From assembly GCA_963666285.1 (NCBI GenBank), contig OY762711.1: a stretch of DNA of 64,000 bases. One strand, 5' to 3'. Both the position numbers and the translations under genes were made by a program. This DNA comes from Sedimentisphaerales bacterium. Its GTDB lineage: Bacteria > Planctomycetota > Phycisphaerae > Sedimentisphaerales > SM23-30. Positions 49,540-59,946 of this stretch are shown here, in pieces. The notes beneath the pieces were generated by a model that was not told the DNA's origin, made no database searches, and saw only the letters and a list, made by a program, of their open reading frames with translations. How positions within the stretch are numbered: the first letter of the stretch is position 1; every line of letters starts with the position of its first letter.

Positions 49540-50106
49540 TCATTCATGACACGAAAAAAGACTTTGAACATAAAAAAGTTAAAAGAAATAGAATTACAGA
49601 AAGTAACCTTAGATCAGAACAGACTTTATATTTGTCTGAAACCAATCATCATTTCTTATAACGTTCTCAACTAAATCTATCATATCCGAAAGGTTAAATA
49701 AGTAAATCATCCCAGAAGCTCTTTCATCTGTAAAATACAGCTCTTAAACGCCTGTGGTCACAATCACCTACAGAATCCGGCTTGACAGGAAAATCCCATA
49801 TTATAAAAATAACTAAAACATAATAATTTGCTTTGTCATGGTATTTGCCCATCTTTAAGCATATAATATACATATGTCGCTTCTACAGACAATTCTGACT
49901 TAAAGTATAGATACAATTGGAAATCATCAAAAGAGTGGCAGTTTTCTGAAGTTAGAAGTTAGTAACGACTGGTTGTATTTACCCCTTAGGCCACTGAGAG
50001 AAAGACAGGCCTGACACTGAAAACGAAACAAAACAAATCAACAAATACAACAGAAGATAATATTGGGCAGGTTTACAATTCCGACGAAGGGAATTATCGC
50101 GAACTG

Positions 50107-51459
50107 GTGGAAAATGCCAACTGCATTATTATGCGAATTGACACCAAAGGCCGAATCAAGTATTTCAATGAATATGCCCAAAAAATCTTCGGTTACAGTC
50201 TGAAAGAAATTATCGGCAAAAATGTTGCGGGAAAAGTCATCCCAAAAGTTGACAGGTCCGGCCACCCGTTTTCTGAAGTGGTTAAAGCTATTCACCTTAA
50301 TCCAAAACGTTATCAGAATTTTGAAAACGAGACCATCAATAAAACAGGTCAATTCTTCTGGATATCTTGGGCGAATAAAGCTATTCTGGACCGGTATGGC
50401 AATGTAAAGGAAATACTATGTGTCGGTCATGACATCACACATCGTAAATATATGGAAAATCAGTTAGAACTGCTGGCTACTGTTGTACGCAACTCCAATG
50501 ATGCTATTATCGTTCTCGATATAAAAGGCAATATCATCTCCTGGAATCAAGGTGCTGAGCAAATCTATGGTTATAGCCAGGCCGATGCAATTGGTATGAA
50601 TATTAAACGACTTGTGCCGGAATATAAACAAGATGAAATACGATTATTGATAGAAAGATCGCTCAATGGCGAAGTGATCAAGTTATTTGAGACCCAACGA
50701 ATCACAAGCACCAACCAAATACTAGATATTTCCCTGACCGCCACATTAATCAAGGATGAGCATGGGCTGCCATTTGCTATCACTATCACCGAACGAGACA
50801 TCACCGAGCGTCGACGTATGGAAAAAGAGATTCTGGATATCACCGAAAGAGAAAGAGAACAACTTAGCCAGGATATACATGATGGCATGGGACAAGCATT
50901 AACCGGTATAGCAGTCAAGTGTAAAGGCCTCGCCTTGAAGCTCAAGCATCAGGCCCCGTCGGAAATGAAAGATGCTTTGATCATAACGAGACTGGCTAAT
51001 GAAGCCATAGCCCACACCCGCGACCTGGCCAGACTGCTCTATCCAATTGATATTCAAACCGGCGGGCTGGTATCGGCTTTAAGCTCGCTGGCAGCCGACA
51101 CAAAAAGAGTAATGGGGGTAATGTGCAAATTCAGTTGCAGTAAAAATGCCTCAGTGAATAACATGAAAGAAGCCAAGCAAATATATCGTATTGCTCAGGA
51201 AGCAACAACAAATGCAGTCCGACACGGCAAGGCTGCTCATATCAATATATCACTACGAATAACAAAAACGCATGCAATACTTTCAATAATAAACGATGGT
51301 TTGGATTTTCCCGTGCTCGAATCAAAAAATAAAGGGTTTGGCCTGAAAATCATGGAGTATCGCTCTGACTTGATTGGCGGGACCCTAGATATAAGCAAGG
51401 GTAAAAAAGGCGGTACTGTGGTAACCTGTATTATTCCAAGAGAAAGGCAGGTAAATTAA
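50107..51459 (+). CDS. Cytoplasmic PAS-PAS sensor histidine kinase (HisKA_3 type)
   Basis: Two PAS/PAC units, ERE.L..DIHDGMGQ.L, YRIAQEA.TNAVRHG, G.GL..M..R. True start may be up to about 100 nt upstream. Confidence 0.92.
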   Translation: MENANCIIMRIDTKGRIKYFNEYAQKIFGYSLKEIIGKNVAGKVIPKVDRSGHPFSEVVKAIHLNPKRYQNFENETINKTGQFFWISWANKAILDRYGNVKEILCVGHDITHRKYMENQLELLATVVRNSNDAIIVLDIKGNIISWNQGAEQIYGYSQADAIGMNIKRLVPEYKQDEIRLLIERSLNGEVIKLFETQRITSTNQILDISLTATLIKDEHGLPFAITITERDITERRRMEKEILDITEREREQLSQDIHDGMGQALTGIAVKCKGLALKLKHQAPSEMKDALIITRLANEAIAHTRDLARLLYPIDIQTGGLVSALSSLAADTKRVMGVMCKFSCSKNASVNNMKEAKQIYRIAQEATTNAVRHGKAAHINISLRITKTHAILSIINDGLDFPVLESKNKGFGLKIMEYRSDLIGGTLDISKGKKGGTVVTCIIPRERQVN

Positions 51460-51463
51460 TCTG

Positions 51464-52162
51464 ATGACACCAGCAAAAATAAATCCATCAAGTACAATCA
51501 ACAACAAGAAAACCATGCAGATATTCATTGTTGATGACCATCCGGTTGTCCGTGACGGTCTGTCTACAATTATTAACCACGAAAAGGATATGAACGTCTG
51601 CGGCGAGGCAGAAAGTGAATACCAGGCAATTAAAGATATTTCTCGTCTTATGCCAGACATCGCAGTGATTGATATTTCACTCAAAGACTCAAACGGTATT
51701 GACCTAACTAAAAACATCAAAATCAATTATCCTAAAATAGAGATTATCGTCTTTTCTGTACATGATGAATCAGTATATGCTGAACGTGCCCTGATCGCAG
51801 GTGCCAAGGCATATCTAATGAAAGATACTATCTCAGAAAATATTATTACAGCTATTCGCTCTGTCGCAAAAGACAATATATATATCAGTACAGCTATGTC
51901 CAGAAAACTGTTGCATCGCTTCACCGGTGAAAAAACTGCAATAAAAGGATTGTCCATCGAAAATCTCAGCGATCGAGAACTTGAGGTATTCCGTCTTACA
52001 GGCCAGGGATTCAAAGCTGGTGAAATTGGCAAACAACTATTTCTGAGCGTTAAAACCATCGAAACTTATCGTGCCAGAATAAAAGAAAAACTAAACCTCC
52101 CAAACGCCTCGGCGCTCCTGCAATATTCGATTAAATGGGCAAAAATGGAAAAGGATTCATAA
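51464..52162 (+). CDS. NarL/LuxR-family response regulator
   Basis: VDDHPVVRDGL, DISL, LSDRELEV, LSVKTIETYR. Confidence 0.95.
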   Translation: MTPAKINPSSTINNKKTMQIFIVDDHPVVRDGLSTIINHEKDMNVCGEAESEYQAIKDISRLMPDIAVIDISLKDSNGIDLTKNIKINYPKIEIIVFSVHDESVYAERALIAGAKAYLMKDTISENIITAIRSVAKDNIYISTAMSRKLLHRFTGEKTAIKGLSIENLSDRELEVFRLTGQGFKAGEIGKQLFLSVKTIETYRARIKEKLNLPNASALLQYSIKWAKMEKDS

Positions 52163-52455
52163 AGGATAAATCCAAGATTTGTATCAATTGTTAATTCCGT
52201 GATAGCTTTTTTCTATTTTCGATATCAATTAAAGTCAAATTACTTTATAATAAAACAACCCGGGAGCTATAAATTCAAACCCCTGGGTCATTTTAACCGG
52301 CCCCTCCATATGCCGGTGCATCAATGACAGTCCATTCTCTCCTTAAAAATTACCTGCAGCCTTAATCTCCTTTTGAAACCCATATAACCTGCAAATAAAC
52401 TCATATTAGCTGAACTATCTCTTAATGTCTAACACTCATCCAATTCTTCTTTTGA

Positions 52456-52671
52456 TCATTGTTTTCGATTATTAACTTCATCTTCAGCTTGAAACCAGTT
52501 TGTTTCGGACCGACCTTGAATATAATCACTTAATCTATAGATTTCATAAGCTCTTTCGGCAATTCGGCGGTGTCTTGCCACACACCCATCCTTTTCATTC
52601 CCAGATGTATCAACTTCGCTAGCAAAATGAGCTTTTGGATTATACTTTCTTTTTAATAGTGTTTTTTTCAT
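52456..52671 (-). CDS. DUF2934-domain small protein
   Basis: IAERAYEIY......GR...NW.QAE signature; GGGGG RBS-like run upstream. Confidence 0.8.
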   Translation of the reverse strand: MKKTLLKRKYNPKAHFASEVDTSGNEKDGCVARHRRIAERAYEIYRLSDYIQGRSETNWFQAEDEVNNRKQ

Positions 52672-52911
52672 TTGAATTTCACCCCCTTGATATTAGAGAA
52701 CAATATTATATTTCCATTTGACAACTATTTAAATCAATTGGTTTATATATAAAAGTAATTGGCTACACTCCGATTTTATTAACCTTATTTTTCAAATATC
52801 ATTTATACCATTTAGCCAAACTAGTGTAAATCAGAGCGAACACCTTGTTTGTTGTAGGTGTCAAAAACTATACCTTTGTCAGAAAAAACCACTACAGAGA
52901 AAGGAATTAGT

Positions 52912-52949
52912 TAATTAGACAGCTTATGCAAGAATAAGCTGTCTAATTA
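52912..52949. promoter_or_regulatory. Perfect 16-bp inverted repeat in a divergent promoter region
   Basis: TAATTAGACAGCTTAT-GCAAGA-ATAAGCTGTCTAATTA. Confidence 0.5.
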
Positions 52950-53119
52950 TATCAAATACCATTACAATTGATATATAATGTTTTTTACTATAACATTGTT
53001 TGTTTAGAGGACATTAAACATCATATTTAATAATGCGAGTTATTTGGCTAACACCTTCGCAAAAAATAGTCAGATTATGATAGTTCGGCTATTATTTGGG
53101 CCAATAAGTAAATTAACAA

Positions 53120-55420
53120 ATGTATTGGTTGCCAGAAATGAGGTTCATAATGAACCATTTAGACAATTCAATTCTAAATAGAATTGCATTTATCGGGAAC
53201 TATTTGCCTCGACTATGTGGTATAGCAACATTTACTACAGATTTATGTGAGGCCATTGCCAGCCAATATAGCCAAACCAGCTGCATTGCCATCCCGGTCA
53301 ATGATATTGCAGACGGATACTCTTATCCCCCTAGAGTACGGTTTGAACTCACCGAAAAAAATATTGACTCATATCGACGAGCTGCAGACTTTTTGAATAT
53401 CAATAATGTAGACATGGTGTCTTTGCAACATGAATATGGTATTTTTGGCGGATGTGCCGGCAGTCATATTCTTTCTCTATTGCGAGAATTAAGGATGCCC
53501 ATTGTAACAACGCTACATACCATCCTGGATACCCCTGATCCAAATCAGAAACGTGTTTTAGAAGAAATTGCGTCTCTGTCTGATCGGTTAGTAGTGATGA
53601 GTTATCATGGCGTGGAATTATTACATGAGATTTATGGAGTTAGTAAAGATAAGATTGACATGATACCACATGGCATTCCAGATGTACCTTTTGTAGATTC
53701 AAGTTTTCATAAAGACATATATGGTGTTGAAGGGAAAACGGTTTTGCTCAGCTTTGGCTTACTTTCAGCCAGTAAAGGCTTCGAGAATGTCATTGCAGCT
53801 CTACCGGAAATATTGGCACATCATTCTAATGTGGTATATTTGATTCTTGGTGCAACTCATCCGCATGTTCTACTGAAAGAAGGTGAAATGTATCGTCAAT
53901 CTCTTCAGTGGCTGGCACAAGAGAAAGGAGTAGAAAGTAATGTAATTTTTTATAATCGCTTTGTTACTTTAGAAGAGTTAGTTCAGTTCATCAGTGCTGC
54001 CGATATTTATATTACTCCGTATCTCAATGAATCGCAAATTACTTCGGGTACTCTTGCTTATACCCTGGGGGCAGGTAAGGCATTGATCTCGACACCATAT
54101 TGGTATGCCAAGGAATTGTTAGCAGATGGACGGGGGCTGCTGGTGCCATTTAGAGATCCGTCGGTGCTTGCAGAACAGGTTGTCAACCTTTTAAATAATG
54201 ATGCTCAACGTCATGCTATGCGTAAGCAAGCCTATATATTTGGCCGGAAAATGATCTGGCCGGAAGTGGCACATCAATATATTGCGAGCTTTGAACGTGC
54301 CCGGATTGAACGCCGACATTTTATACCGTCAGGATTCGCAGTCAAACCTCTGGATAAACGCCCAACAGAACCACCACCTCTTAAGCTCGACCATCTGCTT
54401 CATATGACCGACGACACGGGTATGTTACAACATGCTACTTTCACTGTTCCAAACTATAATGAGGGATACTGCATTGATGACAATGCTCGCGCTCTGATAG
54501 TAAGCACATATCTGGAAATCCTGGGTAATAAAGCAGCTTCCAGTTTGAGTACACGCTATCTTGCATTTATCTGGTATGCCTTTAACACTACAACAGGTCG
54601 ATTTCGAAACTTTATGGATTTCCAGCGTAACTGGTTAGAAAAAGATGGTTCTGACGACAGCCAGGGCCGAACTTTATGGGCATTGGGATGCGTCTTGAAC
54701 CACTCATATACGCCTGCATTGCAAAAAATGGCTGGATGGGTATTTGAACAGGCATTACCGTCTATTACCAATACCACAAGCCCACGCGCCTGGGCTTTCG
54801 CAATCATTGGCTTACAGGAATACCTGCACCGTTTTTGCGGAGACAGACGAGCCGGTCAGGTAAGATATGAATTAGCCGGGCGATTACTCACCCTTTATCA
54901 GCACAATCGCACTGATGGCTGGCTATGGTATGAAAACGAACTAACATATTGCAACGCCGCGTTACCCCACGCCTTATTATTATGTGGTAAAACAATTTCC
55001 AACACTGCTATGGCTGAAGCTGGATTGGAATCACTTAGCTGGCTGGTCAAATTACAGCAGACTAATACGGGACATTTTGTTCCTATTGGATCAAACGGAT
55101 TTTATCCCAAAAATGGCGTAAAAGCGAGGTTTGATCAACAGCCAGTGGAGACACAAACCATGGTTTCCGCATGTCTCGAAGCCTATCGAACAACATTAGA
55201 TAGTAGTTGGCGTAAAAATGCCCGCTTAGTCTTCGATTGGTTTTTAGGACGCAATGACCTAAATCTATCTGTCTATGATCCTACAACAGGTGGGTGTCGG
55301 GACGGCTTGCATCCTGACAGTGTAAATGAAAATCAAGGCGCTGAATCTACGTTAGCATATCTCCAGGCACTTCTGGAATTGCAATTAGCTGAAAATCCTT
55401 TACTACCTGCTGAGGCATAA
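53120..55420 (+). CDS. GT4 glycosyltransferase fused to a C-terminal helical (six-hairpin-like) domain
   Basis: PRLCGIATF, QHEYGIFGG, KGFE, SGTL; C-terminal GYCIDDNARAL, FDQQPVE, NQGAEST. Start may be at 53138 or 53150. Confidence 0.88.
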   Translation: MYWLPEMRFIMNHLDNSILNRIAFIGNYLPRLCGIATFTTDLCEAIASQYSQTSCIAIPVNDIADGYSYPPRVRFELTEKNIDSYRRAADFLNINNVDMVSLQHEYGIFGGCAGSHILSLLRELRMPIVTTLHTILDTPDPNQKRVLEEIASLSDRLVVMSYHGVELLHEIYGVSKDKIDMIPHGIPDVPFVDSSFHKDIYGVEGKTVLLSFGLLSASKGFENVIAALPEILAHHSNVVYLILGATHPHVLLKEGEMYRQSLQWLAQEKGVESNVIFYNRFVTLEELVQFISAADIYITPYLNESQITSGTLAYTLGAGKALISTPYWYAKELLADGRGLLVPFRDPSVLAEQVVNLLNNDAQRHAMRKQAYIFGRKMIWPEVAHQYIASFERARIERRHFIPSGFAVKPLDKRPTEPPPLKLDHLLHMTDDTGMLQHATFTVPNYNEGYCIDDNARALIVSTYLEILGNKAASSLSTRYLAFIWYAFNTTTGRFRNFMDFQRNWLEKDGSDDSQGRTLWALGCVLNHSYTPALQKMAGWVFEQALPSITNTTSPRAWAFAIIGLQEYLHRFCGDRRAGQVRYELAGRLLTLYQHNRTDGWLWYENELTYCNAALPHALLLCGKTISNTAMAEAGLESLSWLVKLQQTNTGHFVPIGSNGFYPKNGVKARFDQQPVETQTMVSACLEAYRTTLDSSWRKNARLVFDWFLGRNDLNLSVYDPTTGGCRDGLHPDSVNENQGAESTLAYLQALLELQLAENPLLPAEA

Positions 55421-55425
55421 ACATT

Positions 55426-56364
55426 ATGAAATATCAATATCAGGAACTATTTTGCCGTCATGAATCAAATCCCATATTAACCTCCAAAGATTGGCCCTAC
55501 CCGGCACATAGCGTCTTTAATCCAGCCGCAACATTATTGCCTGACGGAACCACACTGCTTCTGTGCCGTGTAGAAGACCGACGCGGGCAATCACACCTTT
55601 GTGCAGCCCGTTCTGCCAATGGTATTGATGGCTGGAAAATTGACAAGCAACCTACTCTTAGCCCAGACCCTGAAAACTTCCCAGAAGAACTTTGGGGAAT
55701 TGAAGACCCTCGAATAACATTCATCAATGAGTTGAATAAATATGCAATCGTCTATACTGCCTATACTCACGATGGTCCAGGAGTGTCAATGGCACTTACT
55801 GAAAATTTCTGTCATTTTGAACGATGCGGATTGATTATGCAGCCGGAAGACAAAGATGCCGTACTCTTACCTTATCGCATTGATGGTAATTGGGCTTTGA
55901 TACACCGACCAGTAAGCTCTATAGGCGCACATATATGGATATCATATTCAACCGACCTACGGCAATGGGGCAATCATAAGTTAATGTTAAAAGCAAGAAA
56001 AGGCGGATGGTGGGATGCAAATAAGATTGGCATATCTCCCCCTCCTATTGAAACCAAAAAAGGGTGGCTGGTAATATACCATGGAGTACGACAAAATGCT
56101 TCTGGCAGTATTTATCGACTAGGAATGGCATTGTTTGATCTACATTCTCCAGAGATTTGTATTAAACGAAGTAATGAGTGGTTTTTTGGCCCAGAAAAAC
56201 AGTATGAAAAACAAGGTGATGTTGATAATGTTGTTTTTCCATGTGGTTATACAATAGCGCCTGACCATGATACAATTTACATGTATTATGGTGCAGCTGA
56301 TATGAGTATCGCCTTAGCTACAGGCAGTATTATCGACATGCTTCAATGGCTTGATCAACAATAA
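55426..56364 (+). CDS. GH130-family glycosidase/phosphorylase
   Basis: VFNPAA, RVED, GIEDPRI, DKD, HRP, YHGV, VVFPCG, YYGAAD. Confidence 0.9.
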   Translation: MKYQYQELFCRHESNPILTSKDWPYPAHSVFNPAATLLPDGTTLLLCRVEDRRGQSHLCAARSANGIDGWKIDKQPTLSPDPENFPEELWGIEDPRITFINELNKYAIVYTAYTHDGPGVSMALTENFCHFERCGLIMQPEDKDAVLLPYRIDGNWALIHRPVSSIGAHIWISYSTDLRQWGNHKLMLKARKGGWWDANKIGISPPPIETKKGWLVIYHGVRQNASGSIYRLGMALFDLHSPEICIKRSNEWFFGPEKQYEKQGDVDNVVFPCGYTIAPDHDTIYMYYGAADMSIALATGSIIDMLQWLDQQ

Positions 56365-56445
56365 TAGATCGTGTAATATTAATTAAACTTGATATTTACC
56401 TTATACAAAAAATGTAATGAACAAATGTTGTTTTAAAAGGACAAA

Positions 56446-57957
56446 ATGATGAATGCATTACTGATATATCCTAAATATCCTGAAACATTTTGGAGTTTCA
56501 AGTATGTTTTAAAGTTTGTCTCTAAGAAAGCTGCATTCCCTCCTTTGGGATTGTTAACCGTAGCTGCTTTACTTCCCGAAGAATGGAATAAAAAGCTGGT
56601 TGACGTTAATGTTAGAGAACTTAAGGCTGAGCAGATAATATGGGCGGACATTGTTTTCATTAGTGCAATACTAATACAGGTCGAAAATGCTCAAACAATA
56701 ATTGACCAATGTAAGTCTCTTGGCAAAATTGTGGTCGTTGGAGGACCGGCAGCCACAACACAACCAGAAAGTCTTACCGGGGTTGACCATTTTGTACTAA
56801 ATGAAGCCGAAGTGACATTACCTGTGTTCCTTGAAGATTTGATGTCAGGGAAAGCTAAACCGGTCTATTCAAGTACAGATCGGCCAGATATCCAGCAAAC
56901 TCCTTTGCCTCTGTTCTCGCTTATATCATTTAATGATTATGTGACAATGCCAGTACAGTATTCAAGAGGGTGCCCATTTAATTGTGAATTTTGTGACATA
57001 ATTGTGCTTTATGGACAAAAAACACGAACAAAGACACCAGAACAAGTAATTCAAGAAATGCAGTTACTTTATGATATGGGTTGGAGAAATGATGTATTCA
57101 TTGTAGATGATAACTTTATTGGCAATAAGGTTAACGTAAAAAAAATGCTTGCTTCGTTAATAGTATGGCAAAATAAACATCATTACCCATTTAAATTCAC
57201 AACTGAAAGCAGTGTTAATCTTGCCGAAGATGAAGAATTGATGCAAATGATGAGTGCCGCCAATTTTCATAAAGTCTTTGTTGGCATAGAAACACCAAAT
57301 ATAAATAGTTTACAGGAATGTGGAAAGTATCAGAATCTTTCCTGTAATCTGGAGGCTGCCGTCAATATCATCCAGAAAAATGGTATGCAGGTTACAGGTG
57401 GCTTTATCGTCGGCTTTGACAGTGATACTGAGGAAGTTTTTGATACTCAATTTAGATTTATTCAAAAGGTGGGAATAGTGACCGCCATGGTCGGTCTGCT
57501 TACGGCTTTGCCTCAAACCAGGTTATGGTACCGGCTTGAGGCAGAAGGCAGGCTCCTGGGTGAAAGTACAGGAGAAAATACCAGTATTAGCCTTAATTTT
57601 ATACCAGTACTAACCAGAGAAAAATTACTAGCTGGTTATCAAGAAATAATGAGGGAACTATATTCTCCAAAAGATTATTATGCGAGAATAAATACTTTTA
57701 TCAGAAACTATCATCCCTGTATTAAATCGAGAATAACTGGAAAGGATGTAGTCGCCGCAATTAAAAGCGCCTGGTATATAGGAATCCTATCTCATGCTCG
57801 ATTTTTGTATTGGAAACTCTTAATCCGAACATGTTTTAAAAAAATCAAAGCGGTTCCCATTGCAATTGAGTTGGCCATATATGGATTACATTTTGAAAAA
57901 ATTAGTAAAAAAATAGTACATAGATGGGAATTGTACTATAGAAACTTCAGTCATTGA
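56446..57957 (+). CDS. B12-binding radical SAM protein (DUF4070 type), paralogue of 45718
   Basis: PPLGLLTVA, RGCPFNCEFC, VDDNFIG. Confidence 0.92.
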   Translation: MMNALLIYPKYPETFWSFKYVLKFVSKKAAFPPLGLLTVAALLPEEWNKKLVDVNVRELKAEQIIWADIVFISAILIQVENAQTIIDQCKSLGKIVVVGGPAATTQPESLTGVDHFVLNEAEVTLPVFLEDLMSGKAKPVYSSTDRPDIQQTPLPLFSLISFNDYVTMPVQYSRGCPFNCEFCDIIVLYGQKTRTKTPEQVIQEMQLLYDMGWRNDVFIVDDNFIGNKVNVKKMLASLIVWQNKHHYPFKFTTESSVNLAEDEELMQMMSAANFHKVFVGIETPNINSLQECGKYQNLSCNLEAAVNIIQKNGMQVTGGFIVGFDSDTEEVFDTQFRFIQKVGIVTAMVGLLTALPQTRLWYRLEAEGRLLGESTGENTSISLNFIPVLTREKLLAGYQEIMRELYSPKDYYARINTFIRNYHPCIKSRITGKDVVAAIKSAWYIGILSHARFLYWKLLIRTCFKKIKAVPIAIELAIYGLHFEKISKKIVHRWELYYRNFSH

Positions 57958-57976
57958 AACATAATTTGAGGTTATT

Positions 57977-59713
57977 ATGAAAATACTAAAAGGAATTGGC
58001 GTATCTCCAGGTATAGCAATAGGCAATATTATCATTATCGATTCAGATGAATACCTTGTTCCACGCAGAACAGTTCATAAGGATAGTATTCCAGATGAAA
58101 TCAGAAAACTTAATCATGCTTTTGAAATATCAATTAAGGAGCTGGCAGATTTAGAACATGAGTATAATAAAATTGGTGAGATCGACACAAGAGACATATT
58201 TGCTGTTCATAGATTTATTCTTCAAGATATATCCTTAAAGCAAAATGTAGTCAATAAAATTAACCAGGAAATGGTGACTGCTGAATTTGCAGTTTTTTCA
58301 ATACTTTATGAGATACAATGTCATCTAAAGAACCTTAAAGAGCCTTACATCAACCAAAGAGCATATGATTTTGTAGATATCAGGAAACGCCTGATAAAAA
58401 AACTGGTTAGTAATGAATGGTTTGACCTTGCTAATATCAATGAAGAAGTGATTGTTATTGCAAAAGAGCTTGTTCCTTCCCAAACAGTAGAGCTCAATAC
58501 AAAACACATTCAAGGTATTGCTACTGAGCTTGGTGGAGAAACTTCCCATGCATCAATTGTAGCTAAATCATGTAAAATACCAGCCGTTGTCGGTGTGCAA
58601 GATTTAACTAGCATAGTAAGGTGTGGAGACACTATTGTTGTTGATGGTATACATGGCAAAGTAATCGTTAATCCAGACAAGAAAATGCTTGAAGAATGCG
58701 TTAAAAAAAGAGAACTATATTTAGAATATGAAAAAAAACTAATTGCCAGCACGTTCAATAAGCCTTGTGTCACTAATGATGGAGTTACAATCAGCCTTCT
58801 TTCAAATATAGAATTTCCTGAAGAAATTGAAAGAGTACTTAGATGTGGTGTAGATGGAGTTGGTTTATTTAGAACAGAGTTTTTGTTTCTAAATAGTGAT
58901 AATATACCAAATGAACAACAGCAGTTTTTAGTGTATAAAAAATGCCTTGAACAATTAAATGGGAAGCCTCTTGTTTTCAGGACTATTGATTTCGGCGGGG
59001 ATAAATTCCCCAGAAATCTACCTTGGGATATTGAGAAAAACCCCTATTTAGGACTAAGGTCAATTCGATATTGCCTCAGAAATAAAAGTATATTCAAAAT
59101 TCAATTGAAAGCGATATTAAGAGCTGCTATTTATGGAAATGCTAAAATAATGTTCCCTCTAATTACAAAAATACGGGAGCTGCATCAGATAAGATCTATT
59201 ATAAGTGACGTGGTAACTGAACTGGAACAGCATTCTATAGAATATAAATCTGATATAGAAATAGGAATGATGGTTGAAACACCATCTGCAGCGTTATTAT
59301 CGAAGAAAATGGCAAATCATGTAGATTTCTTTAGTTTAGGTACAAATGATCTTATTCAATATACCCTGGCTGTAGATAGAGGTAATGAACAAGTTGCTTC
59401 ATTATATTCCGCTGCTGACCCTGCGGTATTAAAATTAATTCAAATGACAGTTGATAATGGTTATGATGCCGGTGTTGATGTAAGCATTTGCGGTGAAATG
59501 GCATCTGATCCCAAATATGTTATGTTATTATTAGGCATGGGAATTCGTACCTTTTCTGTTAACCCTGGCATGATTACTGAAATTCGCAGTATCATTTGCG
59601 ATTCATCCATCGATGAGTGCAAAACTATAGCAAAAAGAGTGTTAGCAATGGAAGATGATGCAGATATATTAAATCATCTTGCAAATATTGCGAAGAGATT
59701 TATATCTATATGA
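57977..59713 (+). CDS. ptsI: Phosphoenolpyruvate-protein phosphotransferase (PTS enzyme I)
   Basis: GGETSHASI (phospho-His), GLFRTEF, NPYLGLR, GTNDLIQY, CGE. Confidence 0.93.
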   Translation: MKILKGIGVSPGIAIGNIIIIDSDEYLVPRRTVHKDSIPDEIRKLNHAFEISIKELADLEHEYNKIGEIDTRDIFAVHRFILQDISLKQNVVNKINQEMVTAEFAVFSILYEIQCHLKNLKEPYINQRAYDFVDIRKRLIKKLVSNEWFDLANINEEVIVIAKELVPSQTVELNTKHIQGIATELGGETSHASIVAKSCKIPAVVGVQDLTSIVRCGDTIVVDGIHGKVIVNPDKKMLEECVKKRELYLEYEKKLIASTFNKPCVTNDGVTISLLSNIEFPEEIERVLRCGVDGVGLFRTEFLFLNSDNIPNEQQQFLVYKKCLEQLNGKPLVFRTIDFGGDKFPRNLPWDIEKNPYLGLRSIRYCLRNKSIFKIQLKAILRAAIYGNAKIMFPLITKIRELHQIRSIISDVVTELEQHSIEYKSDIEIGMMVETPSAALLSKKMANHVDFFSLGTNDLIQYTLAVDRGNEQVASLYSAADPAVLKLIQMTVDNGYDAGVDVSICGEMASDPKYVMLLLGMGIRTFSVNPGMITEIRSIICDSSIDECKTIAKRVLAMEDDADILNHLANIAKRFISI

Positions 59714-59946
59714 TAGGTTCTCAGAGAAATATAGCTTTCACTTTGATAGTGCTACAATAAGATCAAATATACGACATGCGAAGATATATGCACAATCGAA
59801 ATGAAAGACTCTTTCCATAATGAAATATATACCAAAAGTTTAAACCACACCAACAACTCCCAGTACCATATGCATACTCCATGCCTCAGCTATTTGTTCT
59901 TATAATGAACATTGTCATAAGCAAAAGATACATGACCATCTCAATT

